IMG/VR virus record: IMGVR_UViG_3300030376_005538
Coordinates: 1 to 46,305 of that record
Origin: a virus
Lineage: Duplodnaviria; Caudoviricetes
Strand: one strand, 5' to 3'
DNA length: 46,305 bases
Notes under the pieces: model-generated
Databases searched by the model: none
Told to the model about the DNA's origin: nothing
The model's input: the letters and a program-made list of their open reading frames with translations, nothing else
Shown: piece after piece, positions 9,901 to 19,271 of the stretch
Position numbering within the stretch: position 1 is the first letter of the stretch
Layout: each line of letters starts with the position of its first letter
Made by a program: the position numbers and the translations under genes

Positions 9901-12900
9901 TTTCCGTTAAACGAGGCAGAGTCCCCTTGGAGAGTGTTTAGATTAACATACAGGTTTCCGTTTCTCTCATACGCCCCGTCCACTGAGTACTGAATAAATC
10001 TTTCTACGTTGTTGTTTCCAGCGTAAACAATCCTGTAGTTGTCTGCCCATATTGGGGGAGCATGATTTATGGTAAGCGATATTCTAGCGGGACCACGTTT
10101 TCCGTCGGGCCTTTCACTGTAGCCAGGAACAAAAACAGATGGGCATGGCTGAACACCACCATGTCTTCCTTTTTCGTCGTAATAAACAATTCCAAACTCG
10201 TGAGACGCATTGGTCTTAAACGAGTAGCTGAACAGCTCTATGGAGTCTGAGTTTATTGACGCCACCCCATTTGTAAGCTTTGCGGAAAGCGAAACTGGCC
10301 ATGAGTCCTTAATTGTTTTTTCGTAACTCCTATCAAATTGATTGTAACCAAGAGATGTTGACACGTAGGAGTGAGATGAACTCAAGAACGACGTCTGAGT
10401 GCCGTATACGGTCAAGGCGTTGCCTAGCCCCGTGGTAACACCTCCAAAATACATTGGCACGTTGACTACATCACCAGCTTGCGCCGTAGACATCTGAAGG
10501 TTTGTGTCTCCTGCTGGTGGCAAAAACTGACCCACAACAGCCACTGTGATCTGCTGAGGCCCCCTAATCATTTTTGGATGAGACTTAACAAATGTCCTAG
10601 AGAGGTTAGAGTCTCTAAACATCAACGATCTAACTCCCTCAGGAGTGAATCCCTCAAACTTTGATATGTCCCTCTTTGTGATCTCTCCGACAAGCATGCC
10701 AGGCATGTTGTCAACAAACCCCAGCAGGCTCCAAGCGGTTACAGACCCCCTCTTGTTTGAATAAGAACCACAGATGTTTTTTGAAATATCAGAAAGATCA
10801 TGAGTTCCGTTCGTAAATGGATCTCCCCAAGCGTCGCCCGTGCCACCGCCGTTGTAACCATATCCTCTTGTCAGTGCAGCATCTCCGCCCCCTGGACCTG
10901 CGAATCCATCTACCATAGAGTAAATAGATCTAGATCTAAGCGCAGCCAGTGACCCAGTGGGCCTTTGATGAAGGGTGTAGCCTATTTTAGATATTCCCTC
11001 GTAGCCAGCTTCGGTTAGATACAGGTTCTCGTTTGTAAAACCTCCCTCGTAGTATTTAGATAGGTTTCCAAGCATTGTTGAAGGCCTTCCTGTAAGGAGT
11101 GTGTCGCTTCCATATTCGTCAGAACCTGGAACGTCCTTGTGGGCTGAAAAACCGAACCCAACCCAACCTGATAAGCTGACCGTGGATGCGTTATCGAAAA
11201 CCGCCCAGCTTCCGATAGGCGCGGGATGCCAGTCGCATTGAATTTTTCCATCAATGCCGTTCCCATCCATGTCGAGCACTTGACGTTTTGTTGCAAATAC
11301 AGCGTCCGTGTGCTGACCAGTTGAAGGCGGCGTTGGTGCGCCAGAAAGAGGGAAGCCAAGATCCGTGCTGTACTGAACTTTAGTAGTTCCTGATGATATG
11401 GTGTCAACTCCACTCGAGAAAATTGCGTTAGGTATGTGCTGCATCGCTGGTCCGTGAGCATTTTCCCCGACCACGAGTTGTTTTTCAATGGAGGGCCACT
11501 GAAGTGTGTCAGCTCCATTGAAGGTCCCTCGGTCCCATCTCGACGTACCTCGACCAACATACCTTCTTGCGTTAAGTCTCTGGGTTGGGTCTGACTCTTC
11601 GTCTGCATATCCCGTCAACCCATTAAAAGACTCTTGAGAAATCAAAGACCCAAACGTAGTGACTGGAAGCGGAACACATGTTTTAATGTCAATGTCGTCG
11701 ATGTATCCAAGCGTTAAGAATACGCCCTTGTATGTGGCGCTTCCACCCTCTGGCAAAGTAAATTTGTACGATCCAGTGTTTGCTATTTCCCCAAAAAACT
11801 TGTTATATCCAGAAACAGAAGTAGCTGGTTCTAAGCAGAAGTTAGCAGAAACTCTGTTTACAATCCCGAACGCTTCAGGAGCGCCTGCGTTTTCTTGCCC
11901 ACCCTTAGTTGAGTCAAAGTTCTTAGTAAAGGATATGACGAGATCTGAGTTTTCATTTCCTTCGTGATCAAACTGAGAGCCGTTGTCAAGGTTCAAATTA
12001 TAAGAATGATTTGCAAACCAGTCTTGATCAGTAATCGGAAAAAGCTGTGCTCCTTCAGAGCTAACAATGGGGTTTTCGGCTGCGGGTAGACCAAAGAAAG
12101 CGTGAAGCAAGGAGTCTACAAAGGTAAACTTTGGAACACCCGCATCTGGAACCCTTATAACGGCCCTAAACTTCAAAATTCCACCCTTCAGGATAAACGG
12201 AGAAGTATTGTGTCTTCCCGTGCTTACATCAATGGAGCCGCTTGTTGAGTTCCATGCGAGCGAACTCATGTTTGGGTTTAAGTCAAGCTCAGGGCGTATG
12301 CTTACACCCCTGTTTTTCCCCTTTCTAGAATCAAAACCAACTGGAAAGGATGGGTTTAATAGGTCTTGATCCGTGGGTACACCCTCTCTTGAGTGCGGCT
12401 GAAACTTACCAAAAGAGCCTGTCGCGTTTATGTCAACGGGACATACGTCGCTTTGATACGTTTGGTTTTCAAGCGTGGTAGGGGAGGCCGTAAAATTGTT
12501 TCCAGTCCCGCCTTCGCCAAAAAACAGGTGAAAGTTTTTCTTGGGAGAAACATTTATTGTTATGTCGTACTGACCTGCTGCGATTGTGTCGGGAAGAGAA
12601 GAGTCGTCAACACCAAAGCCAACCTTTTCCTCATGCCTGTTTTGAGTGGCATTTAGAGATACGAATGAGGCGCTGATGTTTCCGTCTTTGTTTTTTCTCT
12701 TAAAAATCGTGGGTATGAGCTTAAGGTTAAACTCATATCCAGGCTCTGGAGCTTCGTAAAACTCAATGCTTGTTGTTACATCTACATCCAGGTTGTTAAA
12801 ACCTTCTTTGTAGTTCGCATAATTGACCCTGTCCTCAGTAACCTCCTGGGCAAATGCTTCTCTAGGTAGGTTATCGAATGTCTTCAACGCCTCAACCTCG

Positions 12901-13511
12901 CTAAGTATAGAACCGCTTACGTCATTTCTAAACGGATAAAATCCAGCCGTTGCACCCGTACTGTCCTCCTGAAGAGAGTTTGAAAGACCCTCCTCAAAAA
13001 AGATGTCTTCCACAATTCTTAAGGCGCCGTCATTGCCTTCTCTAAAAAGGAATCGGTATCCTGCTACCTCTGCACCAGGAAGAGGAAAATAAACATTACA
13101 AACGTTTTCTACGTCAACATCAGCAAGGGTTGATGTCCCCGTTCCAAATATGGCTGGGGGTATAGCAAGATCGCTAAAGGGCGCTGGGGCGCTTATAGGC
13201 CCCTTTCTGTAAATGACCTGATAGGAAAACTGTATTCCTCTGCTTTTCTTAAAGAAAGATCTTACGGTACCGTCGTTTTCAAATTCAAAAACAAGGGGCC
13301 TAAGCTCTACCCTAGGGCAAGCATCTAGAAAATCTTTTTTGTCATACCCGCTGACACTACCATTGTAAAGTCCAGACCCATCAGTCTTTGAAACAAGTGC
13401 GTCCTCTACATTGATGCACTTGGGCTCTCCCTTGCCGTTTGTAAACAGAAGGAGATCGTTTTTGTCTTCAGTTGAGTCCGAAAATACAGATATGTTTACT
13501 TCACTTGCCAT
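6912..13511 (-). CDS. Tail stabilisation/muzzle-like protein, main (C-terminal) part, 2199 aa
   Basis: Motifs resembling crAss-like/P22 gp10-like tail proteins: LLLFTNGKGEPKCINV, KTFDNLPREAFAQEV..RVNYANYKEG, SFKTNASHEFGIVYYDEKGR, FKDLNTTFGSIQKI, GVGKHPES, GYDPRNRE, KVRGRFLEV. Confidence 0.75.
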   Translation of the reverse strand: MASEVNISVFSDSTEDKNDLLLFTNGKGEPKCINVEDALVSKTDGSGLYNGSVSGYDKKDFLDACPRVELRPLVFEFENDGTVRSFFKKSRGIQFSYQVIYRKGPISAPAPFSDLAIPPAIFGTGTSTLADVDVENVCNVYFPLPGAEVAGYRFLFREGNDGALRIVEDIFFEEGLSNSLQEDSTGATAGFYPFRNDVSGSILSEVEALKTFDNLPREAFAQEVTEDRVNYANYKEGFNNLDVDVTTSIEFYEAPEPGYEFNLKLIPTIFKRKNKDGNISASFVSLNATQNRHEEKVGFGVDDSSLPDTIAAGQYDITINVSPKKNFHLFFGEGGTGNNFTASPTTLENQTYQSDVCPVDINATGSFGKFQPHSREGVPTDQDLLNPSFPVGFDSRKGKNRGVSIRPELDLNPNMSSLAWNSTSGSIDVSTGRHNTSPFILKGGILKFRAVIRVPDAGVPKFTFVDSLLHAFFGLPAAENPIVSSEGAQLFPITDQDWFANHSYNLNLDNGSQFDHEGNENSDLVISFTKNFDSTKGGQENAGAPEAFGIVNRVSANFCLEPATSVSGYNKFFGEIANTGSYKFTLPEGGSATYKGVFLTLGYIDDIDIKTCVPLPVTTFGSLISQESFNGLTGYADEESDPTQRLNARRYVGRGTSRWDRGTFNGADTLQWPSIEKQLVVGENAHGPAMQHIPNAIFSSGVDTISSGTTKVQYSTDLGFPLSGAPTPPSTGQHTDAVFATKRQVLDMDGNGIDGKIQCDWHPAPIGSWAVFDNASTVSLSGWVGFGFSAHKDVPGSDEYGSDTLLTGRPSTMLGNLSKYYEGGFTNENLYLTEAGYEGISKIGYTLHQRPTGSLAALRSRSIYSMVDGFAGPGGGDAALTRGYGYNGGGTGDAWGDPFTNGTHDLSDISKNICGSYSNKRGSVTAWSLLGFVDNMPGMLVGEITKRDISKFEGFTPEGVRSLMFRDSNLSRTFVKSHPKMIRGPQQITVAVVGQFLPPAGDTNLQMSTAQAGDVVNVPMYFGGVTTGLGNALTVYGTQTSFLSSSHSYVSTSLGYNQFDRSYEKTIKDSWPVSLSAKLTNGVASINSDSIELFSYSFKTNASHEFGIVYYDEKGRHGGVQPCPSVFVPGYSERPDGKRGPARISLTINHAPPIWADNYRIVYAGNNNVERFIQYSVDGAYERNGNLYVNLNTLQGDSASFNGKYPAVNQYDGSKELYRFAEGDFLRVLYYSDSTGGVVYPDQSWEFPIVDLVTLSPQLSTEDHPLFFTDSGPLSDPTFNIARSGQMLVVENNPSATNFSISDVSNSSDFWKNRCIVEIVRPKDALSDEARPYYETNYGGRVTNGGTDSRTHEFNTINMFQGDVYFRGVPVNIQDYDDSLGEYVPVVSGTSNYPERSDDFALYYLEADGFTDFYVSKSKNYGRLHFVSPNQTETRRESSISFSELTAPGSYDINWLSFPPVGNFKDLNTTFGSIQKIDYDGSFMNVFFENQVTRVPYNRNMISSLQEDILVAATKVYGTEKEREYNGGVGKHPESVIRIDQNYFFVNPDKSEIIMLRDRQAPVIISNLNVSSYFKEELSKFLYGPRTPLKISTGYDPRNRELLVTLHKLGDAQLWPDSEADYEPLKTLAFDLKTQKFWKTRYSFSSSDYVSLGDNLISFHATGVQHPDNGGDQTSTYAWLHSSDEVSPNYIHGKAAKAKFTSVINDRLNESKTFNAVAIDSEDKWNVKVKTGKLINEDNDIEVSIPFSNFKRYYEKWYGPIPPQQESVLNPSSLDYSQMYQIPTFPINDHDGKWCKFIPNFKWVGGNKFQVKMPYPAGHPVFQTAFPQGDASRCFEVGEPSTPWDGEETKMRRTRPLGINKLNGVIALNSAYSTQNAAEQARWRIVDVIYDRVTSLSNVGYSPIGGQDFEIYNIVFEADFKNIPPARIDEWKTFYNENEFLHGGVEGGLGEGFLNVRDPWLSGGYLWPEEDIDTGFTSFMDLMFSPLYSYYFTDGSDGSFGIFGSQNVQLCFALNYLNYGETVTETGQVWENEIFDIGPNGPDGAITVSDLLAFLNQFNIVGEDLVGDFNDDDSVSTADLLAFLGAFGSTSEGFSEVTDVEINFDDALQEVTYLTWLVRLGLFSGDLNEDLKRIKTIYSRYPEGAGEGTKVRGRFLEVECETSSLAENHVFGIEVDYDVDIKSSTTSTKSAARRRTKRR

Positions 13512-13512
13512 T

Positions 13513-16500
13513 TTAGATAATGTTGTTGAACTGAGTAGTATCAGGAGTCATAACAGCTAGTCCAAAAGAAACGGTATTGGGCTCGGGGTTGGTTATACCA
13601 CCAGTCCACTCTGCGTTAATTTTTACTGGATACCCCCAGTTAGTCCTAGGGTCAGAATAGTCGGGAAGACCTGTATCTGGGTCTGGGAAATCAGTGTTTA
13701 GAAGAATATCTTCAATGCCAGGCGTTGGTCCAGGTCCGTGGGACTGAAGAGAAAACGCCAGTCTTACCACCACACATCCTTTCGGAGGGACATCAAACTC
13801 AGCAGTTCTCCACCCTCCGTGGTAGTGGTCTTTGTTTTGACTAAACAGGACACCCTGAGCCGATTGCCAGTTGTAAGCACCTTCAGCTGCATCTGGGTTC
13901 CACTGAGAAGCGCTAGAAAATAAGCCTTCGTAATCTGGCATATTTCCTGGATCTGTATTTGGGGCGATGTAGAACGGAGTGGTCATAAGCCATGCTGTTC
14001 CTAGAGTTCCCGTTTTGTTAGGATTGGGGTTTCCTGTTCCTGGGCCACCCGTAAAAACAGAGTCATTTATTTCTGTCCCAGGCTGATTCCATCCTCCAGT
14101 GCCGAGAATGTCTTGCACAGAGGCGACGTCGTAGGTTCCTTCTTCGTTAAATTCAACTCCGTTGGCATGAAACCAAGGAAGGTTTGTGTCTCCTATTATC
14201 TTGACACTGGCTGGAGATCCATCAGTAGACGAGTTGTAAAAAGCAATATCTACCGACCCCTGTCCTGTTGAGGTCCTTTGTGACCAAAAATTAAACCTGT
14301 CTTGCCACTGATCTGGGTTAAGGCCACCAACAGTGCTTCTTGATGGGTTGGCATAGATGTCATTTGAATACAGTCCCGCAAGAAAGAATTTTTCTCCATC
14401 CGCTTCCCCATAATTTCCCAAAATGCTTCCTTCTGGAAGGAAAGAATCAAGAAATGCCGCCCCTGTTGACCCTCCAAGAACCTCGTCTGACACGAGCGGG
14501 TGACCGTTTGCAAGAGGCGTTTTTGGAGCCCAAATCTTAAGCGGTCCAACGTAATCTGGGTCTACGTCATAAACAACAGTAGAGGCAAACACCGTGGTTG
14601 AAAATGTTCCTGACAAACCGCTGTTGTCTACGCTAGTCTCGACGAACACATCAAGAGCGTCGCTGTTTTGAGATCCAGTGGAAGAGTTAGGTTCACCCCA
14701 GAAGCTGTATGGGCCGCTATTCCCAACATATACATCAGAAATAGTACTGTCTCCGCCAATTTCAGCTCCGCCACCACTAAATCCAGCAGTAGCAAAAAGA
14801 CCCTCTGCGTTAGAGGCGTAAAACCTAACCAATATACTTGACTCTCCTGGAATCTGAAATACGTTTTCAGGCTGATTCGTAAACCATCCCTGCAGTGCTG
14901 CGACTCCACTCATGCTAGACCCAAGTGGTGGTTCTCCCGCACCAAATTCAAGATTTGTATATCTGTTTGAAAACAAGTTATGAGGCCCACTTATGAGTGT
15001 GCCGCTGCTTGGATCTAACAAATCGAAGTAAGTCATTTCCCACATGCCTCTCCACCTTCCTTGATTTTCTGTTTCGAACCCCTGTATGTACTGCTGGAGA
15101 TCTTGACCAGAGTAATTATCGAAAAGATCGTTGTAAGCAGTTTTAGACCAATCCGTATTTATGCGGAAAAAACCTTCAGTTTCGCCGTTGTTTGTAACCG
15201 TAAATCCAAATTGCTGCTCCTGTCCAGAGTACTCAAATGTGTTGTCGTCTACATGGGGTGCAAAAACTGCTTCAGAACCTATGGCCCCAAAGGGATTTTC
15301 CACAATAATTTGAGGAGGGGTGGGCACGTCGGAAACCTGAGCGACAAAGTCTCCCTCATGGAATGAAGATTGTCCCGATGTGAGGGTGAACTCTCCTCCG
15401 TCTTGAAGAAGAATCGTGAAAGGTATTACAAAATCTGGCCCGTAATCATCAATCCAGTCTATTGTGTCTGTTGCCTTTACAATCCAAAAACTAAATGTTT
15501 GATCCGCAAGAGGGATGTCTCCAGCAATAGTTGTATTAAGAGAGGATTGATAGGAAGAAAGGGAAGTCGTAGGGGTGGGGACGAAAACATCCGCAATCGA
15601 ATCTGCAATACCGCCTATGGTCCACGCCCCTTGGACAGGAGATTGAGAACCCACTGGAGCGGTGTACGCCTGAAAAGTTAAGTCTGGCCTGTATTGAAAT
15701 TCATTTGGCTCATCCCCAGTAATCTCAACCTGAAAGGGGCCAATGATGGCGTTAAACTCATTTTCTGGAATCTCGCCCAAATCGACAGCTCCCCAGTCTT
15801 CGGCAAACACATTTGGAGTGTTTGTAGTCTGAAGGAAGTTGGTTCCTTGATACCTAACGACGAAGTTTTCTGGGTAAAGAATTTGAGGCGACACAAAATT
15901 AATGGTCTCAGTATACTCCTGAAAAAATGGGGGGCCTGTAAGATTTCCAGTTTGTTGTTCAGACACCGTTACCTTAAATGGAATAGAGAAGTCTCCACCC
16001 GCATTAGCAGCGTTACTGACAGTGAAAGAAAATGGAATCTCTAGACCAAAACTTGATCCAGGAACAGTGATGGTGGCAGTGGCTGTTCCCTGATTTGAAA
16101 AAATTGGGGCTGCCGTAACTCCAGTTCCGTTTGCGAGTACCTCAATAGTTATGGTCGCCGTTGCATTGGCCGTGCCAAAGTTTCCAACAGTTATAGATCC
16201 ACCTTCGTACTGAAATCCTGAGGCATTATAGTCTGCAGTTGTTATTTGATAGGGGCTGGGAAATGTTGGAGGAGTAACTATTGAAAATGCTGAGGTACTC
16301 CCTTCTTCTTCAGTCAATCCATCATCTTCAAATGGAGATGTATCATCACCAGTAGCCCCACTAACTGTTGAGTCTGTTCCCGTGTCTATTTTTCTTACAG
16401 GAACCCTTATAAGGTCGGCATCGACAAAGTCCTTACTAGAAAAGTCCAAGTCGTCGTCCCTAAGCAAGCACATAAGGGATATTTCATTTTCACCAGTCTG

Positions 16501-16809
16501 CTTAAGAAGATAGATTGCACTACTCTTTCCGTTTGATCCTTCGCCATGAGCAAAGTAATAAACCCTCTGCTTCTCCTGATCTACAAGATGACCGACTACA
16601 TTTTCCGAAACCCCAATGTCAGGAAATGGGAAATTCTCAGGATCGGCAACAACACTTCTGATAGTGCCGTTACCCTTCTTAATTATATTGCCGTCTCCCC
16701 CATCGTCTGAAGTTACCAAGATGTTTAGAGCATCTGTAAATTCATTCGGTTTGATGGCAGACCTGTTGGCGCTTTTGTTTAAGAGCCTTGGGAAAAGTTT
16801 ACCAATCAT
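13513..16809 (-). CDS. Muzzle-like N-terminal segment fused to a ~950-aa acidic G/T/S-rich extension, 1098 aa
   Basis: First ~140 aa (LNKSANRSAIKPNEFTDALNI..GNIIKKGNG..VVGHLVDQEKQRVYYF..LDFS) resemble the usual muzzle N-terminus; the remainder looks beta-rich and adhesin-like. Confidence 0.65.
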   Translation of the reverse strand: MIGKLFPRLLNKSANRSAIKPNEFTDALNILVTSDDGGDGNIIKKGNGTIRSVVADPENFPFPDIGVSENVVGHLVDQEKQRVYYFAHGEGSNGKSSAIYLLKQTGENEISLMCLLRDDDLDFSSKDFVDADLIRVPVRKIDTGTDSTVSGATGDDTSPFEDDGLTEEEGSTSAFSIVTPPTFPSPYQITTADYNASGFQYEGGSITVGNFGTANATATITIEVLANGTGVTAAPIFSNQGTATATITVPGSSFGLEIPFSFTVSNAANAGGDFSIPFKVTVSEQQTGNLTGPPFFQEYTETINFVSPQILYPENFVVRYQGTNFLQTTNTPNVFAEDWGAVDLGEIPENEFNAIIGPFQVEITGDEPNEFQYRPDLTFQAYTAPVGSQSPVQGAWTIGGIADSIADVFVPTPTTSLSSYQSSLNTTIAGDIPLADQTFSFWIVKATDTIDWIDDYGPDFVIPFTILLQDGGEFTLTSGQSSFHEGDFVAQVSDVPTPPQIIVENPFGAIGSEAVFAPHVDDNTFEYSGQEQQFGFTVTNNGETEGFFRINTDWSKTAYNDLFDNYSGQDLQQYIQGFETENQGRWRGMWEMTYFDLLDPSSGTLISGPHNLFSNRYTNLEFGAGEPPLGSSMSGVAALQGWFTNQPENVFQIPGESSILVRFYASNAEGLFATAGFSGGGAEIGGDSTISDVYVGNSGPYSFWGEPNSSTGSQNSDALDVFVETSVDNSGLSGTFSTTVFASTVVYDVDPDYVGPLKIWAPKTPLANGHPLVSDEVLGGSTGAAFLDSFLPEGSILGNYGEADGEKFFLAGLYSNDIYANPSRSTVGGLNPDQWQDRFNFWSQRTSTGQGSVDIAFYNSSTDGSPASVKIIGDTNLPWFHANGVEFNEEGTYDVASVQDILGTGGWNQPGTEINDSVFTGGPGTGNPNPNKTGTLGTAWLMTTPFYIAPNTDPGNMPDYEGLFSSASQWNPDAAEGAYNWQSAQGVLFSQNKDHYHGGWRTAEFDVPPKGCVVVRLAFSLQSHGPGPTPGIEDILLNTDFPDPDTGLPDYSDPRTNWGYPVKINAEWTGGITNPEPNTVSFGLAVMTPDTTQFNNII

Positions 16810-17543
16810 AACTTGTTAGCCAGCTTAAAATTCTTTCTAATTGTCTTGAGCGCCTCCTCTTTGGAAAAGCTAGATGCTCTTGCCTTGGCAAGTCTCATAT
16901 CATTGTAGTACTCCTTCCTTGCTCTTTGCTTTTCGGAAATCGGTACGTTTGACTTTCTCTCCACGATTTTGTAGTACATGTAAGACTTAACTGCGTCTTC
17001 GTAGTACTCATGAATCTCTGGATTACTTGCGATTGATGGGTCCTCAATGTACTCTATCAGACACTCCGTGTACTTGCTGGAGGTGTCAAAGTAAATCTTG
17101 TCGTTAGCCTCATCTATTCTGTACGCTCCAACTGATTGCCCAGCAGCAACGCCGTAAATTTGACCATAGTTTCCATCAAGCAAGTAGTTGTGAAACACAA
17201 AGTCATTGAAGTCATCATCCGTACTTATTCCCGCACCAGCGCTAGGCCCAGATATGAATGAAATGTTTTTGTTCTCTTTGAAAACATAAATAAGGTCATC
17301 ACTGCCAATGATTCCTACTTTTGTAATCTTCATAACCTCTGAGGGGATGTCTGCAGAAGATGTGTCCGTAGAAATCGTAAGTTTTTGAGACTTTATCCCA
17401 CCGCTCAAAAAACCATCAGCATAAATTGATCTAATTGCTTTTTTACCGTGTATCCAAACAAGGTCTGGATTTACAGAGTAACCAAAGTCATTGTCCTCAA
17501 TAGAGTACATGAACTCGTCGTATATTTCTTTGAGGCTTATCAT
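16806..17543 (-). CDS. Tail ring / tubular protein, 245 aa
   Basis: Size, position before the muzzle gene, and C-terminus (EDAVKSYMYY..KEYYNDMRLAKAR) typical of crAss-like ring proteins. Confidence 0.65.
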   Translation of the reverse strand: MISLKEIYDEFMYSIEDNDFGYSVNPDLVWIHGKKAIRSIYADGFLSGGIKSQKLTISTDTSSADIPSEVMKITKVGIIGSDDLIYVFKENKNISFISGPSAGAGISTDDDFNDFVFHNYLLDGNYGQIYGVAAGQSVGAYRIDEANDKIYFDTSSKYTECLIEYIEDPSIASNPEIHEYYEDAVKSYMYYKIVERKSNVPISEKQRARKEYYNDMRLAKARASSFSKEEALKTIRKNFKLANKL

Positions 17544-18331
17544 TAGTCAAAGTTCTTTTTTTCGGGCTGAGAATCCTCCATGTTCCCGTACTGATAGATC
17601 ATGTTTTCCTCAAGCTGTATGCCTATGAGTTTTGCCATCTCCGCTACAACCTCAGAGAACTGACTGGCAGGAAGATCAAAGTGCTTGGACTCATAGCTTT
17701 CAACCCGTTGAATTCCGCCCTGAAGTGTCGTTACACCTAGTGCTGGCTGAGCAATAGTCAAAGATCCCTTAACGATGCTTCCTGGAGTTCTGTAGTAGTT
17801 AAACTGGACTTGCTTAGAATTAAGCAATGCGTTGATTCCTCTTTTTATAACAATTCCATCTCCGCCCGAAAAGAAGCCGTTGTAATCAATCTGATCGCTT
17901 GAGGTGGTAAGAGAGTAGGGCTTAGTTGACCTTTCTCTTACTGCTGGGTCGTCGTACTTAAAATTAACAATCGTGCCATCAACATCCTCGGACGAACTCC
18001 GCGACGAACTGTCCTTGACATACATTGACGAAATAAACGAAAAGTCAGACGGGAGCGTTAGCCTTCCATCGGCATTCGTTATAAGTGTCTTTTGAGTAAA
18101 GTAGTGTGCCTGACGAGTCTTGGACTTATTGTACTCAGAGGTACCTCTATTAGAGCTAAGACTTGCTCTGTGAATCTTTTTCGCCTCAGCCGAATTGTCC
18201 ATAATCTCATTGTAGATATTCATCTGAGCAATGGGGGCAAAATCACTGAACGAAGAAGGGGTAATGAATCCCGATTGATCCTCGTTGGCCAAAGACTTCA
18301 AAGTGTTAAATACCTGTACAATGTTTACCAT
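17543..18331 (-). CDS. Head-tail adaptor / ring protein, 262 aa
   Basis: VFNTLKSLANEDQSGFITP..AQMNIY, LPSDF, NYYRTP, FDLP..MAKLIGI pattern; position in the tail module. Confidence 0.65.
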   Translation of the reverse strand: MVNIVQVFNTLKSLANEDQSGFITPSSFSDFAPIAQMNIYNEIMDNSAEAKKIHRASLSSNRGTSEYNKSKTRQAHYFTQKTLITNADGRLTLPSDFSFISSMYVKDSSSRSSSEDVDGTIVNFKYDDPAVRERSTKPYSLTTSSDQIDYNGFFSGGDGIVIKRGINALLNSKQVQFNYYRTPGSIVKGSLTIAQPALGVTTLQGGIQRVESYESKHFDLPASQFSEVVAEMAKLIGIQLEENMIYQYGNMEDSQPEKKNFD

Positions 18332-18362
18332 TTGGGCCTATTTATCGCAAATATACGAAAAA

Positions 18363-18381
18363 GGCCAGCACTAGGCTGGCC
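18363..18381 (-). terminator. Probable intrinsic terminator
   Basis: GGCCAGC/GCTGGCC inverted repeat followed by a T-run on the minus strand, in an intergenic gap. Confidence 0.6.
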
Positions 18382-18405
18382 CTTCGTTTTGGTATAGAAT
18401 CGGTC

Positions 18406-19239
18406 TTAGAGGTCGAGTTGCTTCTCGATATCTGAAACCACTGACGAGCCTTTTTCTGTAAGACAAAACCTTACCATGATGTCTTCTGGATTTTGACCGT
18501 GCGGTACGGACACAATAAGACTGTTGGAGTCAAACCAACGAACTGAGTCTTTCGCCACTTTGATAATTTGATAATCTTTTGCTTGACGAACAAGAGCTTT
18601 CATCTTCACTGCAGGATCATCAAAAGCCTGAATGAATTTAGTTGGGTTCCTTTTTGCAATCTGAAGAAGGTCGTACTTTATCTCATTAGTTTTTCTGTCA
18701 ATGTTGACGTTAAAAAACAGGGCTACAGAAAGAAGATCCTCAAGCTCTGAGTTTTTCATCATAGAAATTGCCTCAAACTGATTCATCTCCTCATTAAGCT
18801 TAACTTCAGCGTCTTTTGCTTCATCCATTTGCTTAAACAAATCACCCCCGTTAGCCATATTTTGAGGGTGGCGATCGAGAAACTTTCTGAGATTTGGTTG
18901 TTTTCTTGGCACGATAAGCTTTCCGTTTCGGAAAATGATGGCTTCTTTCCTTGCGTTTTCGCTTTGCTCATCGACCCAAATTGAAGGCTCATTTGGGCAG
19001 TATCTCATTTCCCTAACTGTATCCCTTTCGTCGTCGTAAACAGTTACGCCTTTCTGAGGAATCATGTAAACAATACCGCCCTTTTTTGGAATTTCGTAAA
19101 CCCTTGCAATGTGGGGGTCTTGCTCCTTTCTTTTGAGAGATACCTTTTTCTTAGCGGGAGGCGGTGTTGCTGGGATGGCATTAGCCTCTGTCTGAGCTTT
19201 TTTGGGGCGCCCAGGAGCCCGTCTAGTTGTTTGTGACAT
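18406..19239 (-). CDS. Conserved phage protein of the capsid module, function unknown, 277 aa
   Basis: Clean ORF with a basic N-terminus (RRAPGRPKK), its own TATATTTG element upstream and a terminator downstream. Confidence 0.7.
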   Translation of the reverse strand: MSQTTRRAPGRPKKAQTEANAIPATPPPAKKKVSLKRKEQDPHIARVYEIPKKGGIVYMIPQKGVTVYDDERDTVREMRYCPNEPSIWVDEQSENARKEAIIFRNGKLIVPRKQPNLRKFLDRHPQNMANGGDLFKQMDEAKDAEVKLNEEMNQFEAISMMKNSELEDLLSVALFFNVNIDRKTNEIKYDLLQIAKRNPTKFIQAFDDPAVKMKALVRQAKDYQIIKVAKDSVRWFDSNSLIVSVPHGQNPEDIMVRFCLTEKGSSVVSDIEKQLDL

Positions 19240-19271
19240 TGAATTAGAATTAAAAACTTATGCAAATATAA

